This document shows positions 31,194 through 41,297 of a stretch of 64,000 nt of DNA, in pieces. This DNA comes from Nitrospirota bacterium (GTDB lineage: Bacteria > Nitrospirota > UBA9217): assembly GCA_963796285.1 (NCBI GenBank), contig CAWCKW010000012.1:576001-640000 (forward strand). Reading direction: 5' to 3'. Each line of letters opens with the position of its first letter. Position 1 is the first letter of the stretch. Below the pieces are notes generated by a model. The model was not told where the DNA came from and did no database searches. It was given only the letters and a program-made list of their open reading frames with translations. The position numbers and the translations under genes were made by a program.

Positions 31194-31613
31194 ATGTCCG
31201 GATTGACGCGCTTCGGCGTTTCCATTGACAGCCAGCTTATCAAGAAATTCGACGCGCTTGTAGGACGCAAAGGCTATACCACACGGTCCGAGGCCATCCG
31301 CGATATGATCCGCGACAGCCTGGTGGAGCAGGAGTGGGAGACCGAAGACCGGGAAACCGTGGGCACGATCACCATCGTCTACAACCACCATACCCGCGAA
31401 CTCGAACATGCGCTCACGGACATGCAGCATAAGTCCTTTCATCAGATCGTTTCCACACTCCACGTCCATCTTGACGCTCACAACTGCCTGGAAGTCCTGG
31501 TCGTGAAGGGAATGAGCCGGGAGATCAGAAAGATCGCTGACCGGCTGATCGGCACGCGGGGAGTGAAACACGGGAAGCTGACGACCACGACGACGGGAAA
31601 AGAACTGGTATGA
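31194..31613 (+). CDS. nikR: Nickel-responsive transcriptional regulator
   Basis: RFGVS RHH strand, [24 protein letters not shown]. Confidence 0.96.
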   Translation: MSGLTRFGVSIDSQLIKKFDALVGRKGYTTRSEAIRDMIRDSLVEQEWETEDRETVGTITIVYNHHTRELEHALTDMQHKSFHQIVSTLHVHLDAHNCLEVLVVKGMSREIRKIADRLIGTRGVKHGKLTTTTTGKELV

Positions 31614-31685
31614 AGTACAGGGGTCAGGTGACCGGACCGGCAGAATGAATAAAATGGCTTAGAGAAAGCGATATGAGGAGAGAAC

Positions 31686-32471
31686 ATGTACAACACTATC
31701 AGGGCAGGTATTTTACTCATCTGTGTACTAATGCTGGCGCCGACAACAGCATGGGCCACGCATCCATTTGGGGTGGATGACACGAGCACGGAAGGCGCGG
31801 GGAATTTTCTTCTCGAACTGACGGGCGAATATGCGAAGGACAATTCGCTCAGGGCTACGACGGAGAATGCCATCATCACGGCGGGAGCCAGCGAGCATAT
31901 AGATTTTTCCCTCGAAACGCCCTATCTTCTGCTGAACCCGAGCCCGGTCACCGGTGAGTTCGCGAGCGGGAAGGGCGATGTCCGTATCCAGATGAAGCAG
32001 CAGCTTTTTGAAAATGAGGTCAAGCAATCCATGGCCTACAAATTCTACGCTGATATCCCTACAGGTGATGATAAAAAAGGTATTGGCACGCACAACGTGG
32101 TATGGGGCTTTGGCCTCATCGACACCCAGGAGTGTCATAGCAATGCCTTTCATCTGAACGTGGGATACGAGGTGTTCGGGAAGGACATGAAACATTGGCA
32201 TTTTGCGCAGGATTATGCCTTCAAGTTCGGTCTGGCTGCCGAACATAAGTTCACGGAATCCTTCCGTCTGGTGACCGAGTTGGCGGGCGAGTACCGGAAA
32301 GAGACCGATGAGGTGTCAGATACCCAAACCGATTTACGGCCATTTACTTTCCTGACCGGATTTATCTATGACATCTCAAAGTCCTGGTATGTTGATCTCG
32401 GCGCCCGCGCGGGATTGAACAAATATGCTGATGATTATTCGGTGCTCGCGGGTACAGCGTGGAGGTTTTAG
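31686..32471 (+). CDS. Putative outer-membrane channel in the Ni operon
   Basis: Signal AWA|THPFGVDDT, PTGD..KG.G, beta-strands, terminal WRF. Confidence 0.75.
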   Translation: MYNTIRAGILLICVLMLAPTTAWATHPFGVDDTSTEGAGNFLLELTGEYAKDNSLRATTENAIITAGASEHIDFSLETPYLLLNPSPVTGEFASGKGDVRIQMKQQLFENEVKQSMAYKFYADIPTGDDKKGIGTHNVVWGFGLIDTQECHSNAFHLNVGYEVFGKDMKHWHFAQDYAFKFGLAAEHKFTESFRLVTELAGEYRKETDEVSDTQTDLRPFTFLTGFIYDISKSWYVDLGARAGLNKYADDYSVLAGTAWRF

Positions 32472-32504
32472 TCACTTGCAAATAAAATTCCTCTCAACAT
32501 GGAA

Positions 32505-32643
32505 AGAAAATATCTCCGGAGACGCAGAGCTCGCAGAGAAAAGCTTAAAAATGTTCTGGGTTAAAACCGAGACGTAAAGGTTTTTGATCTAACTCCGCGT
32601 CCTCCGCGAGAGACGCCTTTGGATTCCTTATGTCCGGGTTAGG
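32505..32643. mobile_element. MITE-like hairpin element with period-9 CGCAGAG arms
   Basis: gacgcagagctcgcagag...tctgggttaaaacc...ctccgcgtcctccgcg...tgtccgggttagg; clear homolog of the 33783 copy. Confidence 0.75.
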
Positions 32644-32654
32644 AAGAGGGTTGC

Positions 32655-33323
32655 ATGCATATCCCTGACGGTTATCTTGGTCCTCTTACCTACGGCGTGA
32701 TGTATGCTGTTACGGTGCCCTTCTGGGCCATTGCGTCATGGAAGATGAATAGGACCCTCAAGGCAAAACAAGCTCCCTACCTCGCTATTGGTGCGGCCTT
32801 CAGCTTTGTGATCATGATGTTCAATATCCCGATCTTCGGAGGGACAACAGGGCACGCGACCGGCGCCACCCTGATCTCCATCCTGATAGGACCGTGGGCC
32901 GCGACGATCGCGGTCTCGGTGGCGCTCATCATCCAGGCGCTGCTCTTCGGCGATGGCGGGATAACCGCGATCGGCGCGAATTGTTTTAACATGGCGATCG
33001 CGGGCGTGTTTATGGGCTATGGGGTTTATCGGCTCGTATCCGTGGGATCAGCCGTCGGAAGCAGAAGACGCCTCATTGCAGGGGGCGTAGCAGCCTATGT
33101 AAGTTTGAACATTTCCGCTCTATTGACCGCTATTCAACTCGGTGTCCAGCCCATCATCGAACGATCTTCTTCAGGAGAGCCGCTGTATGCGCCTTTTCCA
33201 CTCAGCGTGGCCGTTCCCGCAATGGCGATCGAGCATCTGTTCCTCTTCGGGTTTGTCGAAGCCGCGGTCACGGCCCTGGTGATCAGATATTTTCAGAAGA
33301 ACGAACCTGAGATGCTGGGGTAG
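32655..33323 (+). CDS. cbiM: ECF Ni/Co transporter S component (NikM/CbiM)
   Basis: MHIPDGYL N-terminus, GTTGH, QALLFGDGG..A.GAN. Confidence 0.95.
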   Translation: MHIPDGYLGPLTYGVMYAVTVPFWAIASWKMNRTLKAKQAPYLAIGAAFSFVIMMFNIPIFGGTTGHATGATLISILIGPWAATIAVSVALIIQALLFGDGGITAIGANCFNMAIAGVFMGYGVYRLVSVGSAVGSRRRLIAGGVAAYVSLNISALLTAIQLGVQPIIERSSSGEPLYAPFPLSVAVPAMAIEHLFLFGFVEAAVTALVIRYFQKNEPEMLG

Positions 33324-33346
33324 GAGGAGAGTCAGGAAGGGAGTAA

Positions 33347-33381
33347 GAGTCAGGAGTCAAGAGTCAAGAGTCAAGAGTCAA
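33347..33381 (+). repeat. Tandem heptamer (GAGTCAR)5
   Basis: gagtcag followed by gagtcaa x4. Confidence 0.9.
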
Positions 33382-33415
33382 GAGAACTCATTACATCAAA
33401 GGCAAAGAAAACCGC

Positions 33416-33757
33416 ATGACAACAACAAAAAAACTCTGGATCGGCATCGGTATTCTCGCGTTGCTCTCACCATTGGGGTTGATCCTCCCTGCGCTGTTCG
33501 GCGCCGGAGGCGCCTGGGGGGAGTGGGGGATCAATACGATCGAAAAGTTAGTTGGTTTTGTTCCCGAGGGCATGAAGCGTCTAGCTGATCCCGGGAAAGT
33601 GCCTCTGCCAGGTTATACAGTACCCGGGCAGAGCACAGGGCTCGTAAGCGGAAGTTTCGGCTATCTTGCGTCCGCCATCATCGGCATCGCGCTGGCAGCG
33701 GTCGTTATGTTCCTTTTAGTGAAATTGCTGGTCCGCAAGAAAAAGGGTAGTGAGTAA
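33416..33757 (+). CDS. NikN/PDGLE-type auxiliary membrane protein
   Basis: LSPLGL...AWGEW...P.G.....PLPGY, two TM helices, between M and Q. Confidence 0.85.
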   Translation: MTTTKKLWIGIGILALLSPLGLILPALFGAGGAWGEWGINTIEKLVGFVPEGMKRLADPGKVPLPGYTVPGQSTGLVSGSFGYLASAIIGIALAAVVMFLLVKLLVRKKKGSE

Positions 33758-33782
33758 CTAAAGAAGGAAACCTTCTTAAAGC

Positions 33783-33936
33783 GGCAAGACATTTTCTCGC
33801 AGAGGCGCAGAGTTCGCAGTGAAAAGCTTACAAATGATCTGGTTTAAAACCAATACTTAAAGGTTTTGATTTAACTCTGCGTCCTCTGCGTGCTCTGCGA
33901 GAGACGCTCTTTTGGTCCAGGATTGTCCGGGTGAGG
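33783..33936. mobile_element. MITE-like hairpin element with period-9 CGCAGAG arms
   Basis: ctcgcagaggcgcagagttcgcag...tctggtttaaaacc...ctctgcgtcctctgcgtgctctgcgag...ttgtccgggtgagg. Confidence 0.75.
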
Positions 33937-33956
33937 AGTGAACGTGAATCCTGCAG

Positions 33957-34841
33957 GTGGTCATGGTGTCAAACGATAGATTTCTGGACAAGACGCTCCT
34001 TGCGGTCTCGCGCGCGGCGGAACAGTTCCTGTTCTCCGAGCAGTATGCCGCCCGCGCCGGGTTCCTGCAGTCGCTTGATATCAGGATCAAGCTCATAACC
34101 TTGCTGGTCCTGCTCATCCTCATCAGCGTGCTGCACACCCCCGGGACGTTATGGGTCCTCTATGCACTGGGCCTTTTGCTCGCTGCGGTTTCCCGCATAC
34201 CGCTCTGGTTCTTTCTAAAGCGGGTCTGGTTGTTCGTTCCGCTCTTCTCGGCAGCTATCATTCTGCCGGCAATCTTGAATATCATCACGCCTGGCGAGCC
34301 GCTCTGGACCGTGATGACGTTCAAGCATCCCTACGTTTGGGGCCCTTATACAATTCCCGCTGAAATAACCGTCACGCGCCAGGGGCTCTGGGGCGGCATC
34401 CTGTTCGTGTCGCGCGTGGCCGCGTCGGTCTCCTTTGCCGTGCTTTTCACGCTGACGCACCGTTGGGCCGAGATCTTCGCCGGCCTCCGCGCGCTCCATG
34501 TCCCGCGTATCTTTGTCATGACGCTCAGCATGACCGAGCGATACCTCTTTGTGCTGCTGCGGATGATCCAGGATATGTATCGGGCCAGGAAGAGCCGGAC
34601 GATCCAACCGCTCGCTGTTGCCGCGGAGCGGGACTGGATCGCCTCTCGCATCGGCGTCACCTTCAGGAAGTCCGTGGAGATGAGCGGCGACATCTATAAG
34701 GCCATGCTCTCGCGCGGCTTTCAGGGAGAGTATCGATCTCTCAACCGGTCCAGCGCAAGGGCAATCGACGCTGTCTGGCTGGTGACAGTCCTCTCCCTGA
34801 GTGGTATACTTCTCCTGTTCGAAAGGGGAATGCTGTGGTGA
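33957..34841 (+). CDS. cbiQ: ECF transporter T component (NikQ/CbiQ)
   Basis: LQSLDIRIKL, RYLFVL, ARKSR, AMLSRGF. Confidence 0.92.
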   Translation: MVMVSNDRFLDKTLLAVSRAAEQFLFSEQYAARAGFLQSLDIRIKLITLLVLLILISVLHTPGTLWVLYALGLLLAAVSRIPLWFFLKRVWLFVPLFSAAIILPAILNIITPGEPLWTVMTFKHPYVWGPYTIPAEITVTRQGLWGGILFVSRVAASVSFAVLFTLTHRWAEIFAGLRALHVPRIFVMTLSMTERYLFVLLRMIQDMYRARKSRTIQPLAVAAERDWIASRIGVTFRKSVEMSGDIYKAMLSRGFQGEYRSLNRSSARAIDAVWLVTVLSLSGILLLFERGMLW

Positions 34842-35646
34842 CAACCGCGTTCAGCCTGCGCAATATCGAATACGCCTATCGGTCAGGGGCCCCGGTCCTG
34901 AGCAACCTGAACCTGGACTTTCAGCCGGGCGAGCGGACCGTGGTCCTGGGCGCGAACGGCACGGGTAAATCAACGCTCCTCTCCCTGCTGGACGGCCTGG
35001 TATTTCCCGGCTCAGGGACGATCCACGCCTTCGGCAAACCCTTGTCAGAGGCCGCGCTGGAGGACCGCTCCTTTTCCATGGATTTCAGAAAGCGCGTCGC
35101 CTTCGTGTTCCAGAACTCCGATGTGCAGTTGTTCTCATCCACGGTCTGGGACGACGTGGCCTTTGGTCCGCTCCAGCTCGGCTGGTCCGCGTCAGAGGTG
35201 CGAACAACGGTCGAGGGACTTCTTGAAACGCTTCATATTTCGGACCTGCGGGATCGAGCGCCGCACACGCTCTCGGACGGCCAGAAGAAAAAGGTCGCTA
35301 TCGCGTCGAGCCTCGCCACGGACCCCGACGTGCTGCTGCTCGACGAGCCCACGAGCGGGCTGGACCCGCGGACGCAGGTATGGCTCATCGAACTTCTGTG
35401 GGACCTGCACAAACAAGGCAAGACCATTATTGCAGCCACGCACGACCTGTCGATCGCCGGAGATATCGCTGACCGGGCCATTGTGCTTTCGGAAGACCAC
35501 ACGGTTGCCGCGGACGGAACGTTTTCGGAGGTCATCAGAAACGACGATCTGCTGCTCAAGGTCAATCTGATCCACGAACACGCGCACCGGCATGGCGACA
35601 CGGCCCATGTCCACCGCCACGGCCACTATGGACACTATCACTCGAA
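34838..35646 (+). CDS. cbiO: ECF transporter ATPase (NikO/CbiO) with His-rich tail; reads through into the next gene as assembled
   Basis: GANGTGKS, FQNSDVQLF, LSDGQKKK, LLDEP, THD, HEHAHRH. Confidence 0.9.
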
Positions 35647-35656
35647 CGGAGGCGCT

Positions 35657-35941
35657 ATGCACGATACCCATAAACATTCACACGGCCAGGGACACGGTCA
35701 CGACCACGACAATGTCGAGACCGAGGTCCTGCGAAAACTCCAGGTGATGATCGAGCACTGGATCGAACACGGCGACAGCCACGCGGAGAACTATTCGGAG
35801 TGGGCCGCCAAGGCGAGCGAGGCAGGGGAGGAAGAGGTTTCCAGGGAGATTCACCTGGCCATCGCCGACAGCGAATCAGTGAAGAAGCATCTTCAGCGGG
35901 CAAAGGCGATCCTGGCCGCGAAGCTGGTGATGAGGAAGTGA
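35657..35941 (+). CDS. Small His-rich helical protein, probable metal-binding protein
   Basis: Own GGAGG-N4-ATG; MHDTHKHSHGQGHGHDHD then KL..MIEHWIEHGDSHAENY.EWA. Confidence 0.7.
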   Translation: MHDTHKHSHGQGHGHDHDNVETEVLRKLQVMIEHWIEHGDSHAENYSEWAAKASEAGEEEVSREIHLAIADSESVKKHLQRAKAILAAKLVMRK

Positions 35942-35945
35942 TTAT

Positions 35946-36020
35946 ATTTCGGAATGCGGAATGTGGAGTGCGGAATGAAAAAGATATTTCATCCGAAATC
36001 CGAAATCTGCAATCAGAAAT
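35946..36020. repeat. Period-7 inverted-repeat hairpin (ATGCGGA / TCCGAAA class)
   Basis: tttcgga atgcgga atgtgga gtgcgga ... ccgaaat ccgaaat ctgcaat cagaaat. Confidence 0.85.
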
Positions 36021-36034
36021 TTGAGAGGGATCCT

Positions 36035-36625
36035 ATGCAAGACATCCAAAACAACGACCTTCGTGAAGTCATCCAGTTTCACGGCCACCTCTGCCCCGGG
36101 CTTGCGCTTGGCTATCGCGTGGCAAAGGCCGCGCTTCGCGAATTGAAGGCGGACCGGCCGCAGGACGAGGAGCTTGTGGCCATCGTTGAGAACGACTCCT
36201 GTGCTGTTGATGCAATCCAGTTCATCACCGGCTGCACCTTCGGGAAGGGAAACCTCATCTTCCGCGACTACGGCAAGCACGTATATACCATCTTTAATCG
36301 CAGCACCGATCAGGGTGTGCGCATCTCCGAGGACTATCGCGGGTTTGAAAATGATAAGCGTTATTCCGAGCTCAGGAAGCGGCAGGAGGCTGGTGAGGAC
36401 GTGTCGCGCGAGATGCAGGTGTTCAAGATGGAAAAGGCAGCGGCGATCCTGAAGGCTGATGAGAAGGAGATACTAACCATCACGCCGGTGTCTTCGCCGC
36501 CGCCGGAAGAAGCAAAGATTCGGGGTTCGCTGCGCTGTTCCATCTGCGGCGAGAAGTTCATGGGATCACGCAGTCGTGAGAAGAACGGGAAGGTTATGTG
36601 CATCCCGTGTTTTGCAAAAGCGTAG
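36035..36625 (+). CDS. FmdE/FwdE-family protein with C-terminal C4 zinc finger
   Basis: FHGHLCPGLALG, ENDSCAVDAIQ..TGCT.GKGNL, CSICGE..CIPC. Confidence 0.9.
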   Translation: MQDIQNNDLREVIQFHGHLCPGLALGYRVAKAALRELKADRPQDEELVAIVENDSCAVDAIQFITGCTFGKGNLIFRDYGKHVYTIFNRSTDQGVRISEDYRGFENDKRYSELRKRQEAGEDVSREMQVFKMEKAAAILKADEKEILTITPVSSPPPEEAKIRGSLRCSICGEKFMGSRSREKNGKVMCIPCFAKA

Positions 36626-36863
36626 GATATCACCAGATTATGATACATTACATTATTATCAAACTTATTCGCAAAAAGAGACGCCGGCATCTACATACTG
36701 CTCCAATCCGTATCTGCATTATTTTCACTCCCAATATTGTACTGAGTCTTCAATAACCTCCTCTTTTTGCTACTATATTCTTGACAATAAACCCCTCTGA
36801 AGTTATTATAACGCTGCTTTTCTATCCCTCATACGAACGCAGCGCAACAATAAGGAGGATACT

Positions 36864-37632
36864 ATGAAAAAAGCTTTTGTTTTTCCAGTATTTGTTTTAT
36901 TGCTCCTGACCGGATGTGTCTCGCAGGGAAAGTACGATCTCAAGTCCAAGGAACTCCAAACGCTTTCATCGAAGAGCGAAGATCTTCAGGCACAGCTTCA
37001 GGCCAAGACCAGCGAAAGCGAAGCGCTCAAACAAGACAAGGGAGCCCTGATACAGGAAAAGGAAGCTCTCCTGAAGGACAAGGAAGCCTACCAGAAGGAG
37101 AACGACACGCTCCAGTCGCGGATCAACGAATTGTCGCAGAAGGCGGAGAAGGCCGAGCAGCTCGAGAAGGCCACGCAAACCTATCAGGACCTGCAGAAGA
37201 AGCTCGAGAAGGAGATCCAAGAGGGTCAGGTGCAGATCAAGGAGATGAAGGACCGTCTGACCATGACCATGGTGGACAAGATCATTTTCCCCTCCGGCAG
37301 CGCAAAGATCAGCAAGGAAGGGAAACAAGTGCTGGACAAGGTGGTCAGCATTTTGAAAGATGTTAAAGACAAACGAATCCAGATCGAAGGGCATACGGAC
37401 AATGTGAAGATCGTGAGCGAGCTGAAGAACCGGTTCCCCACAAACTGGGAGCTGTCGACTGCCCGGGCGACCGAGGTGGTGAGGTATCTCCAGGAGAAGG
37501 GCGGCCTCAATCCCAATCTTCTTTCTGCGACAGGCTACGGTGAATACCAGCCGGTCGCTCCAAACGACTACCGAAGAGGGCCGGCACAAGAACCGCCGTA
37601 TCGAGATCGTTCTGCTGCCGTTGTTAAAGTAG
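36864..37632 (+). CDS. OmpA/MotB-family coiled-coil lipoprotein (one indel at ~37568)
   Basis: LLTGC lipobox, coiled coil, EGHTD, NWELS..RA; corrected frame ends GRHKNRRIEIVLLPLLK*. Confidence 0.88.
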
Positions 37633-37640
37633 GTTTAGAT

Positions 37641-38279
37641 ATGTTCACCGGGATCGTGGAAGAGATGGGGAGCGTGAAGGCGCTCCGGCGTGATGCGGGA
37701 GCGGCCCGATTGACCATATCCGCATCCACGGTGCTCGGCAATACCGTCATCGGGGACAGCATCTGTGTGAACGGCGTCTGTCTTACGGTCGTCGATATGA
37801 CGAAGAGCGAGTTCTCCGCCGATATTGCGGTGGAAACGCTGAAGGTCACGAACCTCGGCGAGCTCAGGACCGGAGCAAAGGTCAACCTCGAGCGCGCCCT
37901 CCAGTTATCAGCCCGGATCGGCGGTCACCTGGTGAGCGGTCACATTGACGCGATAGGCCGCATCCGTGAGAAACGTGAAGAGGGCAACGGCTGGCGCATC
38001 TTCATTGATGCGCCGGAAACCGTCTTGAGATATGTCATAAAAAAAGGCTCGATCGCGATCGACGGCATCAGTCTTACGGTCGCCGATCTTGACAAGGCCG
38101 GTTTTTCCATCGCCATCATCCCGCACACCGCCAAGCTCACGACGCTGGGGTTCAAGTCCGCGGGCGACAGTGTGAATCTGGAGTCGGATATTATCGGGAA
38201 ATACGTTGAACGACTTCTGTCCGGAAGGGTGGAAGGCGGCGTGAGCCTGGAACTGTTACAGAAGAGCGGATTTGCGTAA
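37641..38279 (+). CDS. ribE: Riboflavin synthase (alpha)
   Basis: [42 protein letters not shown]. Confidence 0.96.
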   Translation: MFTGIVEEMGSVKALRRDAGAARLTISASTVLGNTVIGDSICVNGVCLTVVDMTKSEFSADIAVETLKVTNLGELRTGAKVNLERALQLSARIGGHLVSGHIDAIGRIREKREEGNGWRIFIDAPETVLRYVIKKGSIAIDGISLTVADLDKAGFSIAIIPHTAKLTTLGFKSAGDSVNLESDIIGKYVERLLSGRVEGGVSLELLQKSGFA

Positions 38280-38285
38280 CGAAAA

Positions 38286-38350
38286 GCGTCAAGGGTCAAG
38301 GCTCAAGGGTCCAGTCAAAGACAGAGAATCAGAATCTCTGACCCATGACC
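38286..38350. repeat. Period-7 hairpin (GGGTCAA / TGACCC class)
   Basis: gcgtcaa gggtcaa ggctcaa gggtcca ... ctgaccc atgacc. Confidence 0.65.
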
Positions 38351-38382
38351 AGGATGTTGTTATTAAGAAAAGGTGGTTTACA

Positions 38383-39588
38383 ATGAAGTTCAACACGATC
38401 GAAGAAGGCATTGAAGATATTAAAAAAGGCAAGATGGTCATCCTCGTTGATGATGAGGACCGGGAGAACGAAGGAGACCTGACCATGGCCGCGGAGGCCG
38501 TGACGCCCGAGGCCATCAATTTCATGGCCACGCACGGTCGCGGGCTCATCTGTCTGTCGCTGACGTCGGAGCGCGTGGAGCAGCTCCAGCTCCCGATGAT
38601 GACCACGGACAATACGTCGTCGTTCGGAACGGCGTTCACGATTTCCATCGAGGCGAAGAAGGGCGTGACCACGGGCATCTCCGCGGCTGACCGGGCAACG
38701 ACGATCAAGGCCGCCATCGACCCCAAGTCCAAGCCGGCGGACCTGGCGCGGCCGGGGCATGTATTTCCGCTCCGCGCACGTTCAGGCGGCGTGCTCCAGC
38801 GCGCGGGCCAGACCGAGGGATCGGTCGACCTTGCCCGGCTTGCGGGGCTCTACCCGGCCGGCGTGATCTGCGAGATCATGAACGATGACGGCACCATGGC
38901 CCGCGTGCCGCATCTCATGGAATTCGCAAAAAAATTCCATCTCAAGATCATTACGGTAAAGGACCTGATCGCCTACCGGGTCAGAAAAGAATCGCTCGTG
39001 CGAAGGGTGGCGGTCACGAAAATGCCGACCAGCCACGGAAGCGATTTTACCGCGATTCTCTATGCGAACGACATCGATCGGATGAACCACATGGCCCTGG
39101 TAAAGGGCGACATCAAACCCGAGGATGAGGTCCTCGTGCGGGTACACTCCGAGTGCCTCACCGGAGATGTGTTCGGTTCGCTCCGCTGCGACTGCGGCGA
39201 CCAGCTCCACAACGCCATGAAGATAATCGACGAAGAAGGCAAAGGGGTCATCCTCTATATGCGCCAGGAGGGCCGCGGTATCGGCCTCGAAGGCAAGCTC
39301 AAGGCCTATGAGCTTCAGGACCAGGGCAAGGACACGGTTGAGGCAAATCTGGCGCTCGGATTCAAGGCCGATCTCAGGGACTATGGCGTGGGCGCTCAGA
39401 TCCTGCGCGACCTCGGTGTCCGGAAGATCAGGCTGCTTACGAATAATCCCAAGAAGATCGTAGGTCTCGAAGGCTATGGATTGACCGTCGTGTCGCGCAT
39501 ACCGATCGAGATGCACCCTCATGCGAAGAACCTCCAGTATCTCAAGGTGAAGAAGAGCAAGATGGGGCATATGCTGGAAAAGGTGTAA
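38383..39588 (+). CDS. ribBA: Bifunctional DHBP synthase / GTP cyclohydrolase II
   Basis: [52 protein letters not shown]. Confidence 0.96.
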   Translation: MKFNTIEEGIEDIKKGKMVILVDDEDRENEGDLTMAAEAVTPEAINFMATHGRGLICLSLTSERVEQLQLPMMTTDNTSSFGTAFTISIEAKKGVTTGISAADRATTIKAAIDPKSKPADLARPGHVFPLRARSGGVLQRAGQTEGSVDLARLAGLYPAGVICEIMNDDGTMARVPHLMEFAKKFHLKIITVKDLIAYRVRKESLVRRVAVTKMPTSHGSDFTAILYANDIDRMNHMALVKGDIKPEDEVLVRVHSECLTGDVFGSLRCDCGDQLHNAMKIIDEEGKGVILYMRQEGRGIGLEGKLKAYELQDQGKDTVEANLALGFKADLRDYGVGAQILRDLGVRKIRLLTNNPKKIVGLEGYGLTVVSRIPIEMHPHAKNLQYLKVKKSKMGHMLEKV

Positions 39589-39627
39589 TAAGCAACATTG
39601 CGGATTAGCAGAATACGAATTGCGAGT

Positions 39628-39713
39628 AAATACAAAAACGCAAATCACAAACGTTCCGGGATTGGAATTTCACTTTGGAATTTTTGGGATTTCGATTTGA
39701 GATTTGAATTTCG
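39628..39713. repeat. Period-7 hairpin (AAATCAC / TTTG class)
   Basis: aaataca aaaacgc aaatcac aaa ... ttggaat, tttggga, tttcgat, ttgagat, ttgaatt. Confidence 0.55.
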
Positions 39714-39726
39714 CGAGGAGGGTTCG

Positions 39727-40194
39727 ATGCCAAAAATAATACAGGGTGATCTGACGGCGAAGGGGCTCAAGTTCGGAATTGTCGCTGCCCGGTTCAATGA
39801 TTTTATCACAAGCCGGCTTCTGGACGGGGCCATTGACGCGCTTCTGCGCCACGGCGCGGCGGACAGCGACATCGAGGTCCTCAAGGTCCCCGGGGCATAC
39901 GAAATCCCCCTTGCCGCAAAAATGCTCGCCCAGTCAAAAAAATTCAATGCGATCATCTGTCTCGGCGCGGTGATCCGCGGCGCGACACCCCACTTCGAAT
40001 ACGTGAGCGCCGAGGTGAGCAAAGGCGTGGCATCGGTCTCCATGGAAACGGGACTGCCGGTCATTTTTGGCGTCCTGACCACCGACACCATTGAACAGGC
40101 GATCGAGCGCGCCGGCACCAAGAGCGGCAACAAGGGCTGGGACGCGGCCCTCTCCGCCATCGAGATGGCGAACGTTATGAAGCAAATGGCCTAG
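39727..40194 (+). CDS. ribH: 6,7-dimethyl-8-ribityllumazine synthase
   Basis: [39 protein letters not shown]. Confidence 0.97.
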   Translation: MPKIIQGDLTAKGLKFGIVAARFNDFITSRLLDGAIDALLRHGAADSDIEVLKVPGAYEIPLAAKMLAQSKKFNAIICLGAVIRGATPHFEYVSAEVSKGVASVSMETGLPVIFGVLTTDTIEQAIERAGTKSGNKGWDAALSAIEMANVMKQMA

Positions 40195-40235
40195 CAGCGG
40201 ATGCATATACCGGGACGGCGGTCAGGCGACAGGGA

Positions 40236-40667
40236 ATGAAGAGACGCAAGGCAAGGGAGCATGCGCTCCAGATATTGTTCCAGCTCGATATAAGAAAAGA
40301 GAAGCCATCCGCTGTTGTCCTGAAGCATTTCTGGGCAGAGTATCAGCCGGATGATGAGGTCAAGGCCTTTGCCGAAGAGATCATCAAGGGGACCTATAAG
40401 CATCTTCCTGAGATCAACAAGCTGATCCACAAGTGCGCGAAGAACTGGACGATCGACCGCATGGCCGTGGTTGACCGCAACGTGCTCAGAATGGCGGTGT
40501 ATGAAATTCTTCACCGGATGGACATTCCCACCAGTGTAACGATCAATGAGGCCATCGAAATCGCAAAAAAATACGGTACCGAAGAATCGGCTTCGTTCGT
40601 GAACGGCATTCTGGACAGCGTAGCCAGGACGACCGGGAAAATTGACGAGGGAAAGATCGAGTCGTAG
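40236..40667 (+). CDS. nusB: Transcription antitermination factor
   Basis: RRKARE.ALQ, W..DR...VDRNVLR, INEAIEIAK, FVNGILD. Confidence 0.96.
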   Translation: MKRRKAREHALQILFQLDIRKEKPSAVVLKHFWAEYQPDDEVKAFAEEIIKGTYKHLPEINKLIHKCAKNWTIDRMAVVDRNVLRMAVYEILHRMDIPTSVTINEAIEIAKKYGTEESASFVNGILDSVARTTGKIDEGKIES

Positions 40668-40675
40668 GAGAGGGG

Positions 40676-41188
40676 ATGTACGGCGTGACGGTGAAGGTGA
40701 TGCTCAAGGACATAAAACAACTCGCGACAGAAGCCTTGATCGTTGGTTTCAATGAAGATGTCCGGCCGCTGAAAGGCGTTGCCGGAGAACTCGACTGGCT
40801 GCTCTGCGGTTCTCTCTCCGCTCTTGTTCTCTCGAAAAAACTCCGTGGTTCGCTCGGTGATGTGGCCCTTGTCACCTCGCAGGGCAAGGTGCCCGTGCAA
40901 AAGATCTTCATGGTGGGGTTGGGGCCCCGCAACGGGATGACCCCGGCAACCCTGCGGAGTGTTGCCAGGAACGCGGCGACCACAGCCGTCGGCGCTGGCG
41001 TCAGGAGCGCGGCGATAGAATATTTTCCGTCCTCCGAGATGCCTCTTGACACTGGGGTAAATGCTCTGTATCAGGGGCTGGACGAGGGTGCCGGTGGACG
41101 CAGCTTCGATGTCTTCTTACTGGCTTCGGATGCTGCTGCCTACGAACAAATTTCACGATCGTTGAAAGAGCCTCCTGCAAAGGCCTAG
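40676..41188 (+). CDS. Stand-alone M17 aminopeptidase N-terminal-like domain protein
   Basis: EDVRPLKG.AG.LDW.LCG.LS, KIFMVGLG; no catalytic domain. Confidence 0.7.
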   Translation: MYGVTVKVMLKDIKQLATEALIVGFNEDVRPLKGVAGELDWLLCGSLSALVLSKKLRGSLGDVALVTSQGKVPVQKIFMVGLGPRNGMTPATLRSVARNAATTAVGAGVRSAAIEYFPSSEMPLDTGVNALYQGLDEGAGGRSFDVFLLASDAAAYEQISRSLKEPPAKA

Positions 41189-41221
41189 ACTTGACCTAAA
41201 GCTGCCGTATTAAGTTGCAAG

Positions 41222-41244
41222 CGCAGGCTACAGCCTGCGGCTAC
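41222..41244 (-). repeat. GTAG-type REP element
   Basis: Reverse complement GTAGC-CGCAGGCT-GT-AGCCTGCG. Confidence 0.65.
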
Positions 41245-41297
41245 CCAAGCGGGACACATTCAGAATCCTCAATGGATGACCTGCACAGGAGAACCCG

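Noticed and set aside
33347-33381. Possible CRISPR array
   Set aside because: 7-nt tandem units without spacers; no cas genes
36864-38279. Apparent MotB-riboflavin synthase fusion (471 aa)
   Set aside because: A single indel at ~37568 restores the NRRIEI motif and a stop at 37632; ribE has its canonical MFTG start
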